Assembly: GCF_037042905.1 (NCBI RefSeq)
Contig: NC_087250.1
Coordinates: 22,818,001 to 22,878,000, forward strand
Source: Lytechinus pictus
Lineage: Eukaryota
DNA length: 60,000 nt
Reading direction: 5' to 3'
Position 1 is the first letter of the stretch, and each line of letters opens with the position of its first letter. The translations under genes were made by a program, and so were the position numbers. Of this stretch, positions 50,524 to 60,000 are shown piece after piece. The notes below the pieces were generated by a model. It was given only the letters and a program-made list of their open reading frames with translations, searched no databases and had not been told where the DNA came from.

Positions 50524-51301
50524 AGGGATGGTCCGGGCTGAAAATAATTGTATAATAATAATAATAATCCGCTTTTATATAGCGCTTAATACATCGAAAC
50601 GACGTGTCTTTACAGATACATTATTACCCCGGTCCTCGGATTCAATCAGTCATTCCCGCACACAATGTGTGCACATCCTCCACTCCCTGGGGAGTATTCC
50701 AGTCAGTCGCCGATGAGGCGCACACAGTACTGGACAAGCTACAATGACATTCACATCCTACCGGGTACCCATTTAGCACCTGGGTCGAGAGTGGCAAAGT
50801 GTGGATTAACGCCTTGCCAAAGGACGCCATACAAATATAGTAAAATTGACAAAGAACAATAGTGATTTTTTTTTATCAAAATCGGATAATAACAAAGTTA
50901 TTAAACTTTATTTGTTATTACATGAAATCATCATTGTTTCATTTGTTCATACATGTGTAAAAAATCGTGATAAAATAAGTTGCGACAATATAAATAACTA
51001 ATGCACTTAATCAGTTGTCAGTCTAATTGTTTTAGCTCTTGGTAGAAAAAATGTGAATAAGCCTAATTTAATATAATAAAATACAAAAGAAAAAGTGGGG
51101 ATACATGTATGACATCATCAGCCCACCTTATGAATATTCATAAAGACATGCTTAGAACTGTTTTACCGGAATAGTGCAAATCTTTCAAATTCAATAACTT
51201 TGTTATTTGTAATCCGATATTGATCAAATTTTCAGAATATTGCTTTGTGAATTTTACTCCATATTGTTGAGATATAAATATCCCCAGCCTGGACCATCCC
51301 T
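50524..51301. mobile_element. Kolobok-type element with nested SINE
   Basis: TTAA TSD; TIR AGGGATGGTCCRGGCTG. Confidence 0.8.
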
Positions 51302-51343
51302 TTAAGCTGTAGGCGCGCTGCTTCATGCAGAGTCGGACTTCAA

Positions 51344-51824
51344 AGGCGAAGTTTACCCTGACAAAAAAAATCGCTGTGCAAAAAAAATAAGAAAAAACAA
51401 TGAAAAACACTGGTGAAAGTTTGCGGAAAAGTCATTAAAGATTTAGAAACTTATTAGATTCTTTTATTTGCGACGTCATGTAGGAGTAGCTGTCCCATAT
51501 GTCATGTCATATAATATCCATTAATTTCAATTAAAAAAAGGAAAGGCTGATGATGATTACTAAACTTTGTTTCTTTCAGGAGCAGGAGGGATATGACCTG
51601 TCTGTTGATACACTCAAGGGAATATTATTTTTTTAAAGAAAATAACCTTTGACTGCTTTTTTAAAACTATATCAGCTGCTTGCATACGAAGTCACAAATA
51701 AAAACAATGACATTATAATAACTTCTCTTTGATGGATTTTCCTTAAACTATCCCCAATTTATTTATGTCTATTTTTTTCTCTTATTTGCACAACAGAAAT
51801 TATCCGTCAGGGTGAACTCCCCCT
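51344..51824. mobile_element. Kolobok-type element
   Basis: TCAA on both flanks; TIR AGGCGAAGTTTACCCTGAC / GTCAGGGTGAACTCCCCCT. Confidence 0.7.
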
Positions 51825-52337
51825 TCAACGGGGTGTGATCGATTCTATCTTCAAAAATCTGACAAGAAAACGAAGGTCATCAACCAATAATAGTGGACAT
51901 TTCGTCGTCATGGTCGTAGAAAATTTGACAGGCGTAAAAGGGGAGCAAATAATTAACGCTCAATTTACGGGGTGCGCATTTTGCATCCTACACACCATTA
52001 GACGTTCAAAATTTACGGTGTGCGCCCGCACTGATTCCGCCCCCCCCCTTAGATCTACGCCTCTTAGGAATAGATTGAAGTCAAGAAGCAAGTAAAATAT
52101 CAATATGAAATATCGGTCACTGCGTTACCGTGACATTTGCTCCGGCGACAACAGCTCCGCTATAAATTCCACACTCAAATAGAATGATTTAGCACCATAC
52201 CCTACCCTCACATAAAACCTGACTGAAACCCTACCCCGATATTTTAGAAATAAAGCTAGGAGAAATTGTCGCTGGAGCAAATGTTGTGTCACCGCCACCG
52301 CACACCTTACTATTGAGATATGGAATATCTTAATATG

Positions 52338-53184
52338 TAGGGGAATGCGGGTAAATTGTGACACGTTTTTCTTTTTGCATGTTAGAATTGATGCGATTAA
52401 TAATCTTGTAGAAATACGTACCTTGCCTTAAAATTTAACTCTTCTAAAATATTTTTCCTGTGTATAACTTTCTACCCCCACACTGAAAGTCATTGTCACC
52501 TTTGAAAGAAGAGATGTCAAATGGCTCAACTTGCCCCATCTGTGGGGTAAGTTGATCGAGCCACCTTCTGGGGTAAGTTGAGCCACAAAAACTATGTACA
52601 AAATGTATGGGGGAAGAACCTACATGTAATTTTTTTATTTAAAAGTCTTTTCACTTACTAATTCTCTATAAATACTAACATCCTCTAAAAGGAAAAGAAC
52701 AGTCATGTAAATTTGCTCCTTTCTGCCTGCATATCGATGGCTTTTTAAGGTTTTTTTTTTCAAATTGAATTACCATAAGACTTGCCATGGCTCAACTTGT
52801 TCCATGTTTGCTGGCTCAACTAACCCAATCTCAATTAATGCGATAATTTCGCATCCACACATTTCTTATGCATCCATCATGTAAAAGACTGACAAGAATG
52901 AAGATCCATACCTGGACTGACAATGCTGTTCTTATGTCTTTATTATATTTAAAGATGTGTGTGTATCTATTTCCCACCCTTACTTTTTTGGCTGATATTT
53001 GTATTTATCCCTCTAAAAAAGTACTTTTTTGTTTCAAAGTTGAAAACAATGTGGTGGAGTTAGGGGTTATGCAATGGGTCATCAATACATGATACCACCA
53101 CAATGTCTGATTCATCAATTTTTGGCCTAGGGCTGGTGGCTCAACTTGCCCCTATATGCTCAACGTATACCCCGCCTTTCCCTA
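52338..53184. mobile_element. TA-flanked TIR element nested in a Harbinger-type element (52293-53801)
   Basis: TAGGGGAATGCGGGTA / TACCCCGCCTTTCCCTA termini; internal GGCTCAACTTGCCCC repeats. Confidence 0.7.
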
Positions 53185-53825
53185 ATGTTCTAAATCATCG
53201 TATGAACACCTATTTTCAAAGCTGTGATTATGCTATCACCCTTATAAGAATATCAAAATCTAGCCGGGATGACGTCTTAGCAATGGTACGATTGGCTGCG
53301 ATTTGACACTAATTTGGTCCTTACTCCAAGATAGAGGCTTGTAATCATCGGGTGGGGGGAGGGGGGTTCTTCTTGTTATTTAGCTACCAGTCAATTTGAC
53401 TATTTTCGCCATCAAAATATGAATAGATATTATTTCATAAATATAGTTCAAATAGTGACTTCTTTAAATTTCTTTCTCATTTTTCTTCTTTTCTCTTCTT
53501 TCTATTTCTTTTCTATATTTTCCCTTTGAAAAAATTAAGGTACTTTGATTTAAAGTCGAGTAGGTGCATCTCAAAATTAAACCCAGGGTTTTTACTAAAA
53601 ACATTATAGGCTAGTAAACCTAGTATACGAGGGAAATGACAAAGAAAGAAATGAGGAAAATCACAACTCAAATCCAAAATTTTTGTATTAGTGTTCTTTC
53701 CTTTTAAAAAGTGACTTTTCATACACATTACCCCAAAAAATGACAACATGCCATTTGTCCGAAATGGGATCCTGGACTAGTCGTAAGGTGTGCGGTGGAC
53801 TTAAGTAGTTGTTCTTGTTCGCAAT

Positions 53826-55523
53826 CAGTGGCGTAACTACGGGGGGGGGGGGGGCATGGGGGGCACGTGCCCCCCCCCCCCCCAATCGGCTGGCCAAAAA
53901 AAAAAAAAAACGGGAGAAAGAGAAAAAGAGGGAGAAAGTGAGAGAAACGTAGTGGGAAGGAAGAACTTATTGTTAATTATGTTATATTATATTATAATTA
54001 TGTTATGTTATATTACATTAAAATTAAAAAAAACATAACTTTATGAAACATAATTTGCTCAGGGCCTATGTCTTCATTGTTCCTGATGCTCGCATTGTCT
54101 GTTTAACGAGATATATAATCCTGTTGTACTAAAACCTCCCGTTTTCAAGTCAATATACACCAAATATATTTCCTCGCACTTCGAATTATTATTGTTTTAT
54201 GTAGTAAGATATCATTTTAAGGTCTTAATATAAAACATTTCCCGTCCGTGCTTACGTTCGCATTAGTGGATTAGTGAGATATGTCTGCTCTTCATAAATT
54301 CCTAAAATCAGTCCTTAAAATGTCCCTTTTTCTGATCTGCATATAAAAAATTACAGCGTGCGCTCGCATCATTTGGTTAGTGAAATACGCATGGTCTACT
54401 TGAATTCCTACAAACAAGCCTTAGAATGCCCTTCTTCAGGTGTGAATTTCCTATTTTTTCTCCTCGCGCTTCGCGCTCGCAATATTTGACTATTGAGATG
54501 CGTATGATAATTATGACTACAATGACTACAAAAAGTATGTCTTTAGGTGTAATTCTAAAAAATCAGCATGCGCTTGGCACTCGCATTAGATGACTATGGT
54601 GAGATATGTGTACTCTTAATGGATTCTTTTAAGAAATAGTCCTTAAAATATCCATATTTGGGGTCAATATATACAAAAATTTCAGATCGCGCTTCGCGCT
54701 CGCTTCATTTGGTTAATGAAAATTCGTATGGTCTTCGTGAATTCCTACAAACAAGCCTTAAAATGTCCCTATTCAGGTCTGAATTTCCTAAATTTTCAGC
54801 TCGCGCTTCACGCTCGCAATATTTGATTAGTGAGATGCGCATGTTAATCATGATTACAATGACTACACGTGCTTTATGTGTTTGGATGCATATAATTCTA
54901 ACAAAATCAGCAAGCGCTTGGCACTCGCATTAGATTACTATGGTGAGATATGTATACTCTTAATAGATTCCTAAAATATAGTCCTTAAAATGTCCGTTTG
55001 GGGTCAATATATACAAAAATTTCAGCTCGCGCTCGCATTGTTTGTTTAGCGAGACAGGTACACATGATTACAAAAATTTGCTTATAATGTCCCTTTTTTA
55101 GGTCTGAATATACAAAATTTCAGCTCGCGCTTCGCGCTCTCATTGTTTGTTTAGCGAGACAGGTACACATCATGATTACAAAAATTTGCTTATAATGTCC
55201 CTTTTTTAGGTCTGAATATACAAAATTTCAGCTCGCGCTTCGCGCTCGCATTGTTTGTTTAGCGAGACAGGTACACATCATGATTACAAAAATGTGCTTA
55301 TAATGTCCCTTTTTTAGGTCTGAATATCAAAAATTTTCAGCTCGCGCTTCGCGCTCGCATTATGTGATCAGTGACATACATATCCGTTTAATGACACTGT
55401 CCTTAAAATGTCTCTATTAGGTCAGCATACCTAGCAACTGAGCGCGCTTCGCGCGCTCACTAGGTGACTCAAAATGTTTGCTGGTGCCCCCCCCCCAATG
55501 CCGTGACCCACGGTACGCCACTG
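53826..55523. mobile_element. 1.7-kb hAT-type non-autonomous element
   Basis: TIR CAGTGGCGTA / TACGCCACTG; perfect 8-bp TSD TTCGCAAT; internal ~99-bp and ~350-bp tandem duplications with GCTCGCGCTTCGCGCTCGC. Confidence 0.9.
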
Positions 55524-55611
55524 TTCGCAATGTAAATCACAACTTGATAACATAATAAGTTTCAAAATAATGATACCATTTTATTTCTGATTTTGTATAA
55601 TGACAGTCCTC

Positions 55612-55661
55612 TTATGTAAAGCGAGTCTCCGGCCACTCGTGGAGGTACATAACCTCAATGT
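55612..55661 (-). CDS. Putative terminal exon of the same unknown gene
   Basis: Acceptor atttggttccag; phase 1 reads (D)IEVMYLHEWPETRFT*; AATAAA ~30 nt downstream. Confidence 0.35.
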
Positions 55662-55952
55662 CTGGAACCAAATTAATGGTTTAAAAGTAATGATAAATAA
55701 ATGATAATAATAATAAATGATAAATCCATAATTTATTGTTCGAAATAGACATGAAATGAAAATACTCCGAAATCTTGATATTTCAATAATAAAACTATAA
55801 TCATAACTGGGGCTGATCATAACTCACGATGTGGGTTTCCTGTATATTATTTTCAATTAAATTAGAAATATGTATTTCGATCTGTTTTCGTCTATACTAG
55901 TTACTCATTCATTTATACAACATTTATTTCTTCAATTTTACAAATATGTTAA

Positions 55953-56554
55953 AGGGATGTTCCGGGCTGAAAATAATGATTTAAACAGATAAAGAAAAAT
56001 CAGACAAACAAAACACTGAAAATTTAATCAAAGTCGGACTAGGAATAACAAAGTTGTGGCATTTTAAAGATTTGCATTATTCCGGTGTGACAGTTCTAGG
56101 CATGTCTTCATGAATATTCAACGAGCACCTTGAAGATATCATATCCCCACTTCTTCTTTATGTATTTTATTATATGAAATAAGGTTTGTTCTTTTTTCTA
56201 CCAAGAACTTAACAAAAATGGATTGAGAACTGATTGTGTGCATTCGATATCCATTGCTGCAACTTATTTTTATTATAAAGGAGACACATTATTCACACAT
56301 GTATGAAAAAAATATATTTAATTTCAAGTTATAACATAAGAAAAAGGAAAGAGGGTGATGTGACATCATCAGCCCACCTAATGAATATTCATGATGACGT
56401 GCATATAACTATTTTCACAAAATATTGCTAAACTTTAAAAATTCAATAATTTCGTTATTTGTTGTCCGATTTTGATGAAAATGTTCAGCATTTCGCTTTG
56501 TGAATTTTACTCTATGTATTTAGATATAGGTATTTTTCAGCCCGGAGCATCCAT
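55953..56554. mobile_element. Kolobok-type element
   Basis: TTAA TSD; inverted relative of 8207-8796. Confidence 0.8.
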
Positions 56555-57390
56555 TTAATATTTCATACCATGAACGCATACAAAATCAATTTGTCATAAA
56601 TATATATTTATAATTACAGTCTATGTTTACAGACGAAGGTGTAAGTCCCTAATAAAAAAAAAGCACGTGGCGGGATACGCCTACAGGTACAATAAGGAAA
56701 TTATATTATATATAACATAAGTCTTCCTTACTTTATTGGGACGCATGATGTCACTAAATCCAAAAATAATGATAGGTATATATACTTAAATAACCTTGAA
56801 AAACACTAACTTATATAAATTAGTAATCTCTCAAAAAGTTGGTCAGTTTTTTTTCTACTGTATCTCTCAATGTCTGACAAGCAGTGGGGAACGAAATTCC
56901 AAAGGGACCTATAATGGCCAAGGGGAAGCATTCGTGCTCGGGGGGGGGGGGGGGGTGCGTGTGTTATTTCCCATAAGGGAGACCCCCCTCCCCGGAAATA
57001 TGATAGGTAAGCTAAATGATAGAAATGTAAGTTGACTAGATGAGTTAATAAAAAAATACATAAATAAATTGGTAAATAAATATGTCAAACTTATATTGTA
57101 ACAATGATGAAAAATAGCTGGATAATTTATATTGCCCTTTGGCCCCCCTTTGGCCAAAGGATGCAAAGCGCAACTATGATGACCCCTTCCTTGGCTCGAG
57201 CGATGCACCATTCTATCAGTGGCGCTCAGTGCATTCAAGGACTCAATCCTACCGGGTACCCATGTGCATCAGAAAGGACGAGTGCAGCACAGTTGGATCC
57301 ATTTTCTTGTACGAATTGATCACTTCTTTTTTGTAATTACATGTTGGAAATATGCCGTGTCGGAAATTGTGAAAGCTGACTTGAAATCAC

Positions 57391-57482
57391 CGTAGAGGGC
57401 CCGCTCGCAATTCTCTCCAAATACTTCAGCAAGCAAGGTAGCAAGTTGCTGAGCTCGAATTGCTTGTAGTGGCACAGAAACT
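57391..57482 (-). CDS. Putative internal exon of the same unknown gene
   Basis: Acceptor ccccctccttaatcag, donor G|GTGATT; phase 2 to 1 reads VSVPLQAIRAQQLATLLAEVFGENCERALY; another frame is also open. Confidence 0.35.
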
Positions 57483-58041
57483 CTGATTAAGGAGGGGGGG
57501 GGGGGAGAAAGCAAAACCATGTATTGATTAATCTAGATACGTATTATCTACACAGAGTGATTTCATGATTGATAGAACAAAAGCCTGATATTTTATCGCA
57601 TTTTACCCCTCCGCGCCCGCAATGTTTGATCATCATTCTCATCAAATTTTTGACAGCCTCTAATTTCGTCTGATTATATAAATAACGGAAACAGTAAACT
57701 CGGAGGATGAGCAAACCACTGTCCTTAAAAGCACTGACAATAAACAATATGCATTCTTCTAGATGTGTGTCCATTTCATCTATGTAATTATTCAGTTTGC
57801 CAAGATGTCGACCAATAATACCAATAATGTCCTTTATAGCTGAACATTTAAAAGCTCAATTAAAGAATTAAATGGCATTCTTCACCTTATTAATTTCTTT
57901 GGTGGGGGCAACATAAAAATAATCATATCAGAGACAAGATAGAGATCAAATTATAGGTTTCAAATCCTATTATAAGGTCACCGCGCACCCTACGACTGCC
58001 CACGAGCCGATGATGGAACGAATCGCATTTTGCTCATTTAA

Positions 58042-58634
58042 AGGTCAAGTCCACACCAGAAAAATGTTGATTTGAATTAATAGAGAAAAATCAAACTAGC
58101 ATAATGCTGAAAATTTCATCAAAATCGGATGTAAAATAAGAAAATTAAGACATTTTAAAGTTTCGCTTATTTTTCATAAAACAGTGAAATGCATATCTAA
58201 GTGACATACAAATGAAACAGTCGATGTATCCATCACTCACTATTTCTTTTGTTTTTTATTGTTTGAATTAAACAATATTTCATTTTTTTACAGATTTTAT
58301 AATAAAGACCAACTTGACTGAACCATAATTTTATCAAACAATGCTAATTCCATATGTTCAGGGGGAATTAATCTTTGTTTCGCTTGACAATGAGGAGAAA
58401 ATTAGAATATTTCATATTTCGCATAATGAAATACAAAAGAAATAGTGAGTGGATAATGTCAACAGTCTCCTCATTTGCAGAATGTGTGTATAACAGTTTT
58501 GTAAAATTAAGCGAAACTTTAAAGTGTCATAACTTTCTTATTTTACATCCGATTTTGATGAAATTTTCATTGTTATGCTTATTGGATTTTTCTCTTTTTA
58601 TTCAAATCAACTTTTTGTTAGGAGGACTTGTCCT
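58042..58634. mobile_element. Kolobok-type element nested in a Harbinger-type element (57975-58945)
   Basis: TTAA TSD; TIR AGGTCAAGTCC / GGACTTGTCCT; related fragment from ~34105. Confidence 0.8.
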
Positions 58635-59430
58635 TTAAAGAACATTTTGATGAAAAATATACTTTTGTTTGAGGTTGAAATTAACTGAACAAATACTAAT
58701 ATACAAGTTTAGATGATTGCAAGCCTATATTTTGGGGTGGAGGCCCCATTAGATTTACATCGTAACTTATCGTACGATTGCTATGACACGACTAGAAATT
58801 AAATTCGCTTTTATTCTAATAAGGATGATAGCATAGTCACAGATACGAACATAGGTGTTCGTACGTTCCACGTTTCAATATTAGCATCAAATTCTAGTGC
58901 GCTTTATTCCAAAATCGGGTCGCAGACCACTGGTGTGTGGTGGTTACGGGCAGAACCTTTTTTTTTGCCCGGCTTTAATTTTGATTTGATTCATTGTTTT
59001 CTTCTGCATTCATAGCATTCGTATACAAAACAATTTTTCTTACATAACAAGCATAACATATTGGTAATTGATTTTGGTATGAATCATAAAGAAAAAATAC
59101 GAAATAACGAAGTCATTCTAACCAAACATGATCTACTACCAACTAAGAAAAGTTAACATTTACAGTTTGCAGAAGGATTGTCATTATAAGCAGATTGCTT
59201 GAAAAAAAAAAGACAACCCCGGAATAAAACTCATTAAATTATTACATACATTTATAAAGCAGAATGGAGATGCAATTTTGTTCTTAATTTCATAATGATG
59301 AAGATGATGGTGATAATGGTGAAAATTGACGATATATAGCGAGGTCAACATAACATTTTTGCCATCCGCCGATGAAAACTCGGTATTAATTGCTAATGAT
59401 GATTATATAGAAGCAGCTTTTGTAACTTAC

Positions 59431-59678
59431 TTTTCAATGTCTACCTCGTTGTTATTTCCTGGAGACATATCGAGGTCATTTGTGATCTTTTCTACGTCTT
59501 CACTAGTGTGACTATTAACAAGCATATCGAAGGTAAAATTGACCACGTCTGCTTGACCATGTGAGTGCACAATCGCTGAAGAAATTCTCTTAATGTTGTC
59601 TTCCTGCATAGGTGAGGTTAAAGCGCGAGAAAGTAAAATGAAAATTGCAATTGAAAACAAACTACATATGAAATACAT
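59431..59678 (-). CDS. Putative first exon of an unknown secreted protein (or pseudogene)
   Basis: MYFICSLFSIAIFILLSRALTSP looks like a signal peptide, followed by an acidic segment; consensus donor AA|GTAAGT at 59430. Confidence 0.45.
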
Positions 59679-59711
59679 ACAATTTTTAACACAGAGTTTG
59701 AGAAATAATTA

Positions 59712-59950
59712 CCCAGCAAAAACTGTGGTGTTAACCGGTGTCCATAGAGGACCACACCAGTTGTTTTACACCGGTGTTAAATTGGTGGTTTTAGTTTTAC
59801 ACCCATAGGTGTTATTACAACACCTTTGGTTGTTACATTTACACTCTTTGGTGTTATGTTCAATCTCTAGGGTGTTATTTTAACATCTCAGGGTGTGGTC
59901 CTCTATTAACACCAACTGGTGTCAGTTTTAACGCCACAGTTTTTACAGTG
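59712..59950. mobile_element. CACTA/EnSpm-type MITE
   Basis: TA flanks; right end TTTTTACAGTG; matches 27853-28099. Confidence 0.8.
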
Positions 59951-60000
59951 TAAAGCGCGAGAAAGTAAAATGAAAATTGCAATTAAAAAAAAATACATAT

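Overview
AT-rich, repeat-dense eukaryotic DNA, most likely a sea urchin (inferred from the transposon and SINE families and the GPCR type). It is not prokaryotic, and I found no CRISPR array or rRNA/tRNA genes. (1) A complete 10-exon GEN1 Holliday-junction resolvase gene on + (3280-21546, ~1433 aa; every intron is GT-AG and phase-consistent). Its promoter looks bidirectional. (2) A divergent rhodopsin-class GPCR on - (28994-30108), with a probable in-frame first exon 11 kb upstream (41301-41337). (3) Exon-like pieces of an unrecognised, possibly secreted or decaying gene on - at the right end (55612-59678). The rest is non-autonomous DNA transposons (Kolobok, hAT, PIF/Harbinger, CACTA/EnSpm, piggyBac, Helentron-like), often nested, plus tRNA-derived SINEs, L1/Tx1 3' fragments, a 38/39-bp minisatellite and long microsatellites. 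I found no clearly new multi-gene system. The best leads are the unusual GEN1 architecture, the orphan GPCR with a nearby RFX X-box, the orphan signal-peptide gene, and several DNA/RNA structural motifs carried by repeats. All coordinates and alignments were read by eye.
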